Origin: Callorhinchus milii
Taxonomy: Eukaryota
DNA length: 60,000 nt
Reading direction: 5' to 3'
Assembly (NCBI RefSeq): GCF_018977255.1
Contig: NW_024704742.1
Location: forward strand, 53,880,001-53,940,000
Under the pieces are notes generated by a model, which worked only from the letters and a program-made list of their open reading frames with translations, ran no database searches and had not been told where the DNA came from. Position 1 is the stretch's first letter. Each line of letters opens with the position of its first letter. Shown one piece after another: positions 34,891 through 47,375 of this stretch. A program made the position numbers and the translations under genes.

Positions 34891-36230
34891 TCATAGATTA
34901 TAGATAATAAAATACTCAATGATATTTTTGTTGTTGCAAGTCAACTGAGGTATGGTGAATGCAACTAGTCAAGGTCTAGGGAGTAAAAAGAATGGGCTCT
35001 GTACCCTAAAGACCATGGTGCATGTTGTTTTATCTTTATATGAGGGGTAGAGGATGTAGTATAAGATACTTAGGAGAACTATGCTATATTTAATGTGATA
35101 ATTATTCAGAGTGACAGAATTTATCGTCTTCTTTGCCTCGTATTTAAAAACTGATTTCAAGCTAAACACCCTCTGACTGTTAAAACAACATATTCTCCCT
35201 CAGCCAACAGGAAGCGCCATTTTATTAAACCATGCCAGAGGACTTCTTGAATTCCAGCCACTTGACCATCTCTTTAACTTTAACATGTACTTTTGCCTTT
35301 AGGCCTTATTCCACTGAGGAAGAAGACTCCCAAGACACCAATTCAAGATTTTCCCGAGTCACTTCACCAGGATTTATATAGTATTCCTGTATGTCCTTCA
35401 GCAAGGCTTCAGTGACATTCACAACCCTCCCCCCACACAAAAAAATCATCATGCTCCTGATAAACAGGATTGAACAATTAAATTGCTCTTTATTTGCTTC
35501 TCAGCCTACCATCCCCTTATCTATTCTATATTTCCATTCTTAGTCTTCTGAAATGGCGCACATTAGGCTGTGAACTGCATAGATATCTGTAATTTAAATA
35601 TGATTACCCATTTCTCTATAAATATGTATCATGTAAAATTCCATAAATAACTTTAGTGACTATATTATCCATTTTTACTCACAGGCACATAGCCATTCGT
35701 GGTGATGCAAACATCATTTGTGCTAATGTAAGCAGTGTTTGAAACTGTTACTTATCTTTAATGCCAGTCATACAGGCTATGTTGAGCCTTATTCAAAGAA
35801 AAGACAGAATGGTATTGACAGCAAAGATATCTTCTCTGCTGCAGCTTTCATAGTGTTGTGATACCTTATTCAATGATGCATGTGGCACAGGTTTTTTATT
35901 TTAATTAATTCAATGTATGGTTTAATTTTAGTAATTTGTCATGTACCATACTTGAAGATCCCAGGAGGTGCAGTCTTCAGACACCAGACTCACCGCCTGT
36001 GCTGTGAAGCTCAGTCATCAATTGAACATTTAACTGTTGGTTAGTGGGATGCAGGCTTCACTCAACAAACAGCTTTCAGCGCCGTGAAGCATCAGTTGAA
36101 TGTATGATCCAGCTTCACTGACATTGCCAATGAGAACATTGTTGGTGTGTACATAGGGGCGAAAGGGGGGGTAATGGTCATCTTTGGTACAGCCGTGAGC
36201 ATTCATAATTATAATTTACTACATTTAAAC

Positions 36231-36833
36231 TGCTTATCAAGTCCACAAGCTGCTGAAACCCTTGTCCATGCCTTCGTCACCTCTCGGCTGGACTACTTTA
36301 ATGTCCTCCTCGCCGGTCTCCCCTCCTCCACTATTTATAAAATTCAGCTCATCCAAAACTCCGCGCCCACATTCTCACCTGCACTAAACTTCACACCCCG
36401 ATTACCCCATCCTTGCCAAACTCCATTGGCCCCCTGACACAGAACGGATCAACTTCAAGATCCTCTGGTGTTTAAATCCCTCCACGCCTTGGCACCCCAC
36501 TATCTCTTCAACCTCCTCTCTCCCCACAGCAGTACCCACTGCCTCCGCTCTACTGGCTCTGGCCTCCTCTTGTCCCTCGAATCCTCCGCTCCATCATTGG
36601 CGGCCGTGCCTTCAGCCACTACGCCCCAAAGCTATGGAACTCCCTCCCTCAATCCCTTCACGTTGCCCCCTCTTTCCCCATTTTCAGGTTGAGCCTGAAG
36701 ACCTTCCTTTTCGACTGGGCCTACGGTCACCTTCCCCCTCCCCTGGTTTGGTATCAGGCTCCACCATTGTTAAGTGCTTTGAGACGCCACCCGGCATGGA
36801 CAGCGCTATATAAATGCACGTCATTGTTGTTAT
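36231..36833 (+). mobile_element. L2 family A-related, 5'-truncated
   Basis: AAETLVHAFVTSRLDYFNVLLAGLPSSTIYKIQLIQNSA; tail GCGCTATATAAATGCACGTCATTGTTGTT. Confidence 0.92.
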
Positions 36834-36930
36834 TAGACCCCAAGATCTAATATTTTACACTTGTTACAATTGGAGTCCAATTCGCAATCCAATCCATTTG
36901 CCCTAATTAAATGCCTCAAATGGTCACTTT

Positions 36931-37295
36931 ATAATAATAATCTTTGCATTTGATATAGAGCCTTATCACATCTTTAAGACATCTCAAACTGCTTCACAGA
37001 ATATACTGTAAAGTGAATTGATTGTATATTTTGTGGACGAAACGCTGCAGCCAATTGCGCACAGAAGTGTCCCACAGACAGTCATAGATTGATTGAGTGA
37101 CCAAATTTTTTTATTTTTTTTATTACCCCCGGAGAATCAATCTGCCTATCAATTAACAACTGGGTTCTAACTTGCTGCTAGGTAAATAGAAACGTGTGGA
37201 GTAAGGAAACTTTCCAACGTTTCGCCCTGCCTGGGAATTGAACCCAGGTGCTCTCACTGACTAGACAAGTGCTCTCACAAATCAGCTTCAGGACT
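36931..37295 (-). mobile_element. tRNA-Ala SINE, long form
   Basis: Tail, central TTGCTGCTAGGTAAATAGA segment, and head GGGAATTGAACCCAGG. Confidence 0.88.
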
Positions 37296-37660
37296 TTGCA
37301 TACCTTTTGCTCTGATTTGACCCCTATTGTTAGTGATGTCTGAAACAATGAAGTTAAGAATAATTAATTCTATTACAATAAAAGTGGACTGAAAATGATT
37401 AGGTGACATTATCTTTCAGAGATACAGTGTTTGAGAATGCATTTATGACAAAAATTGGCTTCTCTAGAAAATCTATCAATACGCGTCAAGAACTGCTTAA
37501 TTCCAATTTAAACAGTATTTTTGTGAAGAACCGAATATATTTGTATATGTATTAAAGCATAAGTATAGATCATCTGTATTTATTTGAATGAATTTGGATG
37601 CAATGTACACCATGTTTTTTTCTCAAAAAAAATAAAATAATTAATTGTTTTGCATAAAGA

Positions 37661-37780
37661 CTTTGATGAAGGCTCACATTCAAAACATGAATGTAACCTT
37701 CTCTTTCAGATACTAATAGATTTGCCATGGTTTTCCAGCGTTTACTGTGTTTATTTCAGATATCCAACTGTGCCAATTTT
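37661..37780 (+). repeat. Penelope-like terminal relic
   Basis: TTGATGAAGG...CAAAACAT...CTCTTTCAGATACT...TTTTCCAGCGTTTACTGTGTTTATTTCAGATATCCA; related to 21650-21825. Confidence 0.45.
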
Positions 37781-38224
37781 TAAAAATTGCCTTAACCACA
37801 ATATTCTTACATGAAAGAAAACTGGAAGGACAAAGGCAAGCAGATTTTTGAAAGACCATTGTTTCCCGACTCTATGAAGTTCCATTCACACCAATGTCTG
37901 AATAACATTCACACAGTCACATCACTTTTCAGTATATCCTGTGATGTCTCAATCATGTTAAAAATTGCTATATGAAATGCAAGGTTATTACACATTATTA
38001 TTATCACAAAACTGGCATTTTTAAGGAAAGGCTGCAGTGAAGAAAACACAATGTTAGTTTTCATGTTCATTCTTTCTCACTCCATAAATTGAAAGCTCTT
38101 TGAAGTTCATAAACTTGAAGCTCAATCGGCAGAGATCAAAGATATCTTTGAAAAGTTGCTTCGGGTTCAAAAAATAAGCGTAGCATTTGCAGCATGCCAA
38201 CTGGTCTAAGGAAATGTTTTTTTC

Positions 38225-38284
38225 TGTGTGTGAGAGAGAGAGAGAGAGCGAGAGACCGACAGATACACACACACATACACACAC
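38225..38284. repeat. Compound microsatellite (TG)n(AG)n...(AC)n
   Basis: Directly visible dinucleotide runs. Confidence 0.9.
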
Positions 38285-38700
38285 CAATAGAGAATCCAAG
38301 AGACAACTCAGAGAAACAAGAAGCGATTTCTGACAACAGATCTGATGAGAGCGAAAGAAAGTGAGAAAGAAAGAAAAACAAAGAGAACTATTTTTTTGTT
38401 CCAATTAGAACTTGCTGTTGAAACCAAATTTTGAAAATGGCAACTTTTGTGATTTGTTTTCTGTTTTTTCCTTGCATTCTTTTTGCTCAATCTTCTATAT
38501 TCCGTGTGCATGTTGTATCTTAACCGTAGCAGGTCATTAATTCAATTGAAAAACAAAAGTGGAAGATTCCTAATATTTTTGGCTCCTATATACGAGACTA
38601 AGAATTCAAATTCTGGTTTGCAAATTATCTGTACTGGGCCAGTGTGGAATTGTTGATTGTACCTATAAGAAAGCAGAGCATACAATATGGTCTCAAAAGA

Positions 38701-39186
38701 TAATAATAATAATCCTTGCATTTGATATAGCGCCTCATCACGTCATTGAGACGTCTCAAAGCGCTTTGCAGAATATACTGTAAAGTGAATTGACTATATA
38801 TTATGTCGGCAAAACACGGCAGCCAATTGTAGACAGCAGTATCCCACAAACAGTCGTGGATTGAATGACAATTTATTTTTTATTTATTATAATAATCCTT
38901 GCATTTGATATAGCGCCTTATCACGTCTTCGAGACATCTCAAAGTGTTTCACAGAATATACTGTAAAGTGAATTGACAGCAGTGTCCCACAAACAGTAGT
39001 GGATTGAGTGACCAAATTTTTTTTTAGGTGTTTGAAGAGATTATTACCCCCCAGAAAGCAATCCATCAATCAACGAACCACCGGGTTCCTACTTACTGCA
39101 AGGTAAACAGAGGCGTGTGGAGTAAGGAAACTTGCCTATGTCCTGGTCCTCTCACTTGCGAGATGAGTGCTCCACACTACAGGACT
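38701..39186 (-). mobile_element. Two tandem tRNA-Ala SINE copies (38701-38885 tail half; 38889-39186 internally deleted long form)
   Basis: Two consecutive AATAATCCTTGCATTTGATATAGCGCC tails; only the second reaches a head remnant (CTACAGGACTC). Confidence 0.88.
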
Positions 39187-39194
39187 CTGCGAGA

Positions 39195-39318
39195 AAATAA
39201 TATTTTGGGATACAGTACATAGTTTGGGATACAACATGTCAAGCGACTATCAGGATAGTGGAAGGCAAACTCAATGGACTTGGTCTTCTTTCGCCTAGCA
39301 ATTTCTTATGTTCTTATG
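39195..39318 (+). mobile_element. CR1 3'UTR end
   Basis: AAGGCAAACTCAATGGACTTGGTCTTCTTTCGCCTAGCAATTTCTTATGTTCTTATG; reverse complement of 54902-54965. Confidence 0.75.
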
Positions 39319-41454
39319 ACTCTTACAGTCATTTGCTAAAGCAAGACAAACATATGGATTTTGTGACACCAATGATCATCCAAATAATCATGCATTTCTG
39401 AGGTTTATGATTCTTTCTAATATTTTGACTTGGCAAATACTTTACCGCAACATTTTATAGAAGTATAGAAGCACTGGATAAAGGCTGAGTTATACATAGG
39501 GATCTAATTTGCGAGTTGGGTTAACTATGTGCAAACATAATGCATACACCTTTATGTTATATAAACCTTTGCAATAAACCTTTATACATCCTCCGGACAT
39601 GAAAGGCACTATCATTTGTTGTTGTCATCGATTTCAAGACCTCACACTCGTTTTCAAATCCTTCATCTATCATCGACAAGTTGTTGTTGTTGAATAACGC
39701 CTTTCACATCAGGAGGACATCCTAAGGTCCAGCTCCTTGAGACGTGCTCTGGACATGTAAAGCACTACACAAATGTAATTCATGGTTGTTATTAGTTCTT
39801 AATTAATTTTTGGCACCTAGCACCTATGTGTATGTATCTGTTTATGATTAAGCCAGTATGCAAATTTTGCACATGAGCTTTTAACCCAACCCACACATTA
39901 GAATCTAGTATAGCATATTCTTTCACCAATGGAATCAGTATTTGAGTCTAACTCAGATAGATGAGCTGAAGCCTTGCACTGATAAATTAAAGAGCTCTAA
40001 ACTAAATGGGTTTGACCAGTCTTAATCTATTTCTCTGTGAATATAAATCCTTAGCACATATTTATTGCTGCCATTAGCTACAGACGTACACCGAAGGAGT
40101 CAATACTGATAGTACAGGAAATGGAAATGTCACATTGGAGCAGATAGCATGGACGGGGGAGAGAGATAGAGGGTGGGGTGGTTAGGTAGGGGGTGGTGCA
40201 ATGGTGTAACTTGCATCTGATTCATTCTGTCAGTGCTTTTGAGATAATATAAAACATAAGGAAGCATTTATTCCATGATGTAGATATCCTTTAACTTGAT
40301 AAGCAATTTTTTACCTTGATAGCTTATTTTGACAACTTTATTTTCAAAATCTGAAGATAGATGTTACCACATTCAGTAAAGTCAAATTGACTAGCTTCAA
40401 AAATTGAAACACTGATCAGATAATTTGTGCATTAAAGTATTTAACCAATGAAATTGAGCTAAATTGGATTAGCGCATTGGATAACAAATTGAATGACAGA
40501 TAGACAGATATATTAATTTACTCAACATGCCTCAGTTTCTAACCTAAATAATATTTCAATGTTCAGTTTTAATATATCACTATCAATCAATAACTTGTGA
40601 ACTTTGAATAAAATTGTCAAAGCATTAACATCTCCCGGTTTATTTCAAAGTAATGATTATTTCCATTTTGTATTTTGATATTGCTTTAGGCTTTGTTTCT
40701 CTTGATTAAATTGCTTTCTTCAGACTTGATATCTTGATCTAAGATTGTCTTAAATGATCAGCAATGTTACTACACAGTAATTGAACCAATTTGTTCCAAC
40801 ACGATATTCTGTCAAAAGCTGTCTTCCCTTTACTGCTTCAATTAATCTCTACGGTTTGATCTTGTTTCCACTTCAGCATTTTGTGGAAATCAAGTTTTGA
40901 AGGTCACAAATAGCTTCTGAAGTAAAGTTTAGAAACAGCCATCTTTTTCCTTCAAATGTTATACCTGTATGATTCCCAATGCTAGTATATTATGGTAGAC
41001 CTGCAGGTGCAGTGGTGACGCAATGGGATCTTATCTATATTGAAACTCAGAACTAATGGAATGCATTTCTCAGGTTTGATCAGACAAAAGATAGAGTGTT
41101 TCATCACAACAGTGAAAAACTGGAAGGTGGATGGTTCTTAGCTTCCTCAGTGATGAAAGGATTCATAATATCAGGCAATAGTTTTTTTGTCAGCCAAGTG
41201 GCTGACACATGTGCAAATCCATCACCATGCTAAAAAGTATTCAAACCAAACTGAGATTGCCACACATCCCGCCTACACATGGAAATTGCAGAGATAAATT
41301 GGTGAAGCGTAACATTTATGGAGTAACACACCATGATCAGGAGATATTCGTGGTTCTAAGCATCACCATTTGCCTCAAGGAACTCACTATTTAATAAAGA
41401 GAATATATTATTGATATTCATTTGTCCAAGAGCACAAACTGTTTGATTTTAGAT

Positions 41455-41851
41455 TTAACTTCAAGGTCCTCACCCTGATTTATAAATCCTTTCATGCTCT
41501 ATCGCCTCCCTATCTGTGATCTTCTTATACTCTACTGCTCTGCTTGCCCCCTCCGCTCAGCAAACTCAGACTTGCTGCCCATCAGTGGCCGAGCCTTCAG
41601 CTATTTCAGATCCTAACATCTGAAACTGCCCCACCTCTACCTTCTGGCACATCTCCTCTATAACTGTATTTAAATCCTACTTAAAAGCTTACCACTTCGA
41701 CCATGGCTATGGTCATCTCCCCGTTCTCCCCTCCTCCCCTTCCTTGTTTGGTGTCTAACCTCACCAATGAGGTCCTACTCCATTAAGTGCACTGAGTCAT
41801 TATCCTCCATGTAGAGTGGTATATAAACACAAGTTTTTGTTGTTGTTGTTG
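41455..41851 (+). mobile_element. Old L2 3' fragment
   Basis: NFKVLTLIYKSFHALSPPYL motif; (TTG)n tail. Confidence 0.82.
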
Positions 41852-42149
41852 TAGTTTGATAATTTTATATCATAAATTTCAAGCAGCATAAGAGGAAAAT
41901 ATTAAAATTGTAATAGTAATGTCAATTCACATAACATGTAAGACACTTTTGGAATATCCAATAATGTTCTGAAATTGAGGGTAATATGTACTTTATTGTG
42001 GGGTAAAAAAATACATTAATACTACCTCTTTTTGCCATAATTGAAAATGCATCTTGCAGACAATGGGAAATTATCCAACATGGCTGGATGTGAATTGCAG
42101 AGTTCCCAAAAAATGATGTAATACTCCTGGTTACAAGCATTATTGTGTG

Positions 42150-42382
42150 AGTCTGGCTCAGTTGATAGCACTCTAGTCTCTGAGTCATAAGGCTAACAAA
42201 CCCCCAGATAAAATTGGTCATTCACTTCATGACTCTTTGTGGGACATTCCCATGTGCAAATTGGCTGCTGAGTTGCCTTGCAAAATACACAATCACTACT
42301 GTTCACAGTAAATCATGTGAAGCAGAATACATCCTCCCAACATAAAAAGTGCTAAATCAAATGCAAGGATTCTTCTTATTAT
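42150..42382 (+). mobile_element. Deu-family SINE with the body deleted
   Basis: Head CTGGCTCAGTTGATAGCACTCTAGTCTCTGAGTCA joined to the shared tail ending CAAATGCAAGGATT. Confidence 0.72.
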
Positions 42383-45017
42383 TTAAACAATATACTACAC
42401 CTTTTAAGAAAATATATTTCCAATCACAAACTAACTAAATCTATTAAGAATTTCCATATATCTTTGCGGGAACTAATTTGTTTTCTTGGCCTTTCTTCTT
42501 CCCCAATTTTATATGTTTTCTATGTTCTGGTTATGTCAGTCAAGAGGATAATAGTGGACCCTTTTCTGCTTCCCAGCATTGGCATGAATATACTCAATCT
42601 GTTTTCAGATGTACTGGAAGAACCTTTTGTTAATATTATCAGTTCCCACCGAGTGTATAACAATGAACACATAGGAAATATCAAGAGGTGAACACTTAAC
42701 ATTCAATCCCTGGAGTTTCTAATTCCTTTAACTTTGGATTTCTGAATATATTCCTTTGAAATGATACCCAAGGCAATAACAGTTTTGTTTCTTCAGTGGA
42801 TGGAGTTCATTTAGAATTGGATTGCTTTGAATGAAGGCTGAAAGGAAGAACATTATTGGAAAATAGACTATATTTAGAGTTTTTAAACTTGTTGGTACCC
42901 CACAATCAGTTACTTTGCAGAACATATGCTATATGATGACAATGGTCCTGTGCCAAAGTGAAATACCAAGAGTGCAAAACCATCTCCGGCAACACATTTA
43001 CCTTTACAATGCACCAAAGCACTGAAATGTCAGCTGTGCTGTTGAACCGAACCAGGGCTCCAGTATACATTCAATAAAAGCAAATATTAGGTATTGGGAG
43101 CTAGTCAAGCTTGGTAAAGATAATAACAATCATACTTACATTTGGTATAGCGACTTTCATGGTGGGAAGACGTCCCAAAACGCTTCACAGGATGTATGGT
43201 AAAGTGCAGTGACTGAATGTTTTGTGGAGAGAGTAGCAGCTAATTTGCGCACAATAATGTCTCACAGACACATCTGTGTTCATGGTTCCGTGTGTTGTGT
43301 ATATGTGTGAGTCCATTTATATGTGATGTGATGGGTAATGTGGACACTGGAGGGAATGTGGACTGGCTCCAGGTCAGGTGGTGATTCTGAATCAGTTTGA
43401 TATTCTGGATCAGTTGAAAAAAGGTGTGGTGACCACTGCCTCATAGGAAGGCATTCTGTATACTGGACCTAAGATCCCTGATTATTGAGGACTAATTATG
43501 GCTCAATAAACAGACAGCAAGAGCATTCTAATCTTTAATTCCGACAATGTAATTGTGGATCAATGACATGAACATACTCTTGCTAATAGCTTTGGCATCA
43601 ATAGACATTGTCAATAAAGAATGAACCAAAAATTGAATGAGAACCAACCTCTGAAATTTACAAAGCAGCAAATTACAAAGCAATTGTCCAATCTGAGGTT
43701 TTAGATGAAGTCTAAGTATGTGGTTTTGGGATCTCATCTGATAATTTAGTATAAAATAGATTATTCACTTATTTTCACTCCGATTTTCTTATATTAATTT
43801 TATCCGTACTTTTGAGTTCCTCATCCAAGTGGCAGTGCTTCATCTGTTAATCTAAAGGTGGATCTCAGCAGGCTATTTGGCCATTAGGGGGATCACAGAC
43901 AAGTCTATCTTGAACAAATGTTTCATTTTCCAGGATGGGTCTAGATATAGACATCAGCAAAAGTAACCTTACAGACCATTGCTCTGCCTATCTCAGGAAG
44001 CTGATCTTAATTCTAGCACCACTATTGGAGCATTAGTTGAAATCAATAAAGATGAGGGATTAGCCTTTGGATCCTGGGTTTTCAGATTAGCTACTCACTA
44101 ACCAATGTTTAGTTTACAAACTGTGTAGCTTTGCTAGGTGTAAAGTTAGTCAGTATTTAATTACTTATTAATTACACATCACTTTCCCTTCCCTCTCTAC
44201 CCTTCCCCTCCCACATCTCCATACAACACATATTATTCTATCCCCAACAATGTTTAAGTCATTGTTTCTTAATGACGTGGTCCATTTCAGTTTGGATATC
44301 CCAAGATTGGTTCATATGGCTTCTGCTCATTTTCTTAAAGGAGTCCGACCAATGAGATTACATCAGTGCTTTTGTTGGGAGTCCGTTTCACATATCTTGA
44401 AACAAATCTTATCCCCAGTCTTGTCGCTTTAATTTTAAACTTAGTTCTGCTCTCTATGGTCTAAGTTAAATAGTATACTTTAACAACATCTATATTTCCC
44501 ATCTATATCACTTAGAGACCAAAGATCTCTTTGTCTTTTTTTACATAAGGACAACAATTTCAGCTCCATGCTTCTTTTCAGAATCTAGAGCTCAAAGTTT
44601 CATACTTTGTCCCAGTGTCAATGTGTTGTTGTATTTGTTTTGTAATGTATATTGACAGAAATAAAAATCCTCAAAAAAATTAAAAATTGCAAACAAATGA
44701 GCTCTTCTAGAACTTTTTAAGAGTTGAACGTTGCACTGTAATTCAACTGTTTATACAATCAGTCAGGTTGTTGGCAGACACTCCACATCTGCACTGGCTG
44801 CTTTTTAGATGTTACACCAATTGCACACCGCCATGTCCCACAAACAGCCATGACTGATTTTTTAAAAGATATTCATACAAAGTGTTGCATAATGTTAACT
44901 CTCACTTCGCAACACAACCTGTTCCTATAGTCATACATTACAGTTATGAAGCACAATATAAAGAAAATTGAGCTGTTGAAGCTGACTCCATTGCAGCATT
45001 TAAAAGCTAATTGTAAA

Positions 45018-45203
45018 AATAATAATAATAATAATCCTTGCTTTTGATATAGGGCTTCATCAGGTCATTAAGACATCTCAAAGCGCTTCACAGAATATAT
45101 TGTGAAGTGAATTGAATGTATATTTTGTGGACGAAATGCGGTAGCCAATTGGGCACAGCAGTGTCCCACAAACAGTCGTGGATTGAGTGACTAAGTTATT
45201 ATT
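45018..45203 (-). mobile_element. tRNA-Ala SINE, 3' half
   Basis: (AAT)n CCTTGC...CTCAAAGCGCTTCACAGAATAT...CAGCAGTGTCCCACAAACAGTCGTGGATTGAGTGAC. Confidence 0.85.
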
Positions 45204-45289
45204 TAGCCACACTTCCCCTTTTTACAGTGCAGAAATCCAAATTAGCAATATTAATAATAAAAATTAAGATGGGATTGAATAAGTAAACG

Positions 45290-45565
45290 CAGATCACAAC
45301 TTTAGGATTTAGAGAGGATTTAGAAAAGAGGACACAGGTTTAGAGTTGAAAAAAACAAGGGCAGATATCAGAAAGCTTTTTCTTTACTCAGAGATTAATC
45401 AACGACAGGAGCAGGCTGCCATGAAAGGTGGTAGAGACCAGGACACTCGACTCATTTAAAAAGCAGCTTAATGCTGTGATGGGGAATGGTAGGGTTGGTG
45501 GGTGTTCTTGAAGGATGAGATGAAATAAGATGAAGTGCTTTCTTCATCAAAACCAATCTTATGTA
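45290..45565 (+). mobile_element. CR1 3' fragment
   Basis: RGHRFRVEK...DIRKLFL..TQR motif and 3'UTR ending TCTTATGT. Confidence 0.7.
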
Positions 45566-46209
45566 ATTTTGTGCAAATTTTTATCTGGGAGCTTAATGTC
45601 CTGGATTAATTTCACTGGGAAAAGCTCCCTTCTTTTTTCAAATAGTGCCATCAGATTTTTAATATCACTGTAGCAGGCAGATAAGATCTTGGTTTAACAT
45701 TTCATTAAAGTACGGATACCCACAAGTGAGCACCACATCAATAGTCTCACCTCACACATGAAGATTAGTCACTTGGGTGAGATACCAGAGACACTCGTAA
45801 AACATAACCCAGTAAACAGAAAATAAGAGAAAACTGTAAAAATAATGAAATGGCACAGAATAGTTATGAATAAATGATGATGCACATTTGGGAGAGAGCA
45901 CAAGGAAAAAATTGAATCCAAGCAAATCACATAATATCAAAGAAGTATAATGAATCATCATCTAAATCCCTGAAATTAAATAACAGCCTTTCAATTACTC
46001 CCTAGTACCTTTTACTATTTAAAATGAATACGGTTTCAATTTTGTGCGGAGCTCTGTTCAATTTTGAGTCAATTTGTTTGCTAGTCACAGCTAGCAGTCT
46101 TACTATTGGCTGCCAATGCATTCCATGGGGTAAATCTCCTCTGAACAGTGAAGTTACTGACCTTGTGGGAGGAACATTTGGTGAATTAACAGATCATGAG
46201 AAAGTGAGG

Positions 46210-47375
46210 CATGTCCTTGAGTGCTTCAGATCCTACCACTCATACTGTCTCCACTTCATCTCCAGAAACGGCTTCTCCTCTAGCCTCTACACAGTCTTGT
46301 GCAGCATTCCTCAGGGCTCTGACCTTGGTCCCCTCCTCTTCAATATCTATAAGCTGCCACTTGGTGACATAATCCGCAGACATGAGGTCAACTTCCACAT
46401 ATATTTGGATGACACCCAACTCTACCTCTCTGCCCCTGCCCTTGACTCCAGGACGACTGCTGTGCTGACAGAATGTCTGTCAGACAGCAAGTCCTGGAAG
46501 AGAGCTAATTTTCTTCAGTTGAACATCAACAAGACCGAGGCTCTCCTGATTGACTCCCGTCAGTGCCTCCTCACCTTAGGCACTGACAGCATCACTATCC
46601 AGGGATGCACATTTCACATCACCAAGCCAGGCTGGATCATTGGCGTCTTGCTTGACCCTCAACTGTCCTTTCTACACTACAACCGTGCAATGACCCGTTC
46701 TGCCTTTCCCCACCTCCGCAACATCGCCCGGCTCCATCACTGCCTCACCCCTCAGGCCGCTGAAACCCTCATCTGTGCATTCATAACATCTAGGCTCGCC
46801 AACTCCCTGCTTGTCGGCCTTCCCAACTCTTCCCTCCCCAAGCTGCAGATCATCCAGAACTCTGTAGCTCGTGTCCACTCTCGCACCAGGCTCCATGACT
46901 GCATTACACCTACGCTCGCCCGGCTCCACTGGCTCCCCATTTCCCAGAGGATAGAGTTCAAAATCTTCATCCTCGCCATCAAGTTCCTCCATGGCCTTGC
47001 TCCTCCTTACTGTTATGATCTGCTGACCTCATATTAATCTGTCCGTTCCTGCTGCTCACTAAGCTGTGGCCTGCTCCACTTCCCTCACCCTACCTGCACC
47101 ACCATTGGCGGTCATCCCTTCAGCCTCTCTGCCCCCATCTTTTGGAACACCACCCCACATTCCCTTCGCCTCACTCCCTCCCTTGCCTCCTTCAAGGCAC
47201 GTCTCAACACCTTCCTCTTTGACTGAGCCTTCGGCCACCTTCCTACCCTTCCTGCCCTCTTACCCTCCCCAATCCCAACCCCCAGTTCGGGTCCAAATCC
47301 CTGACTGTCCAGCGCCTTGGGACGTCCTTCTGACATGAAAGGGGCTATACAAATATAATTTTGTATTGTATTGTA
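46210..47375 (+). mobile_element. L2 family B, 5'-truncated within the RT domain
   Basis: [42 protein letters not shown]...FLQLNINKTE...RLHWLPISQRIEFKI; family B 3'UTR with (TTGTA)n tail. Confidence 0.96.

Noticed and set aside
42609..42687. Possible exon DVLEEPFVNIISSHRVYNNEHIGNIKR (similar weak AG...GT windows at about 2836-2946 +, 31974-32022 - and 41074-41126 +)
   Set aside because: At least one weak splice site each and no recognisable protein; such windows are expected by chance in 60 kb.
46024..47037. 337-aa ORF containing RT motifs as an intact or domesticated gene
   Set aside because: It is a 5'-truncated L2 fused by chance to about 60 codons of flank. It lacks the endonuclease and N-terminal RT, carries substitutions at normally conserved sites (e.g. 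GSDLGP, ECFRSY) and stops early.
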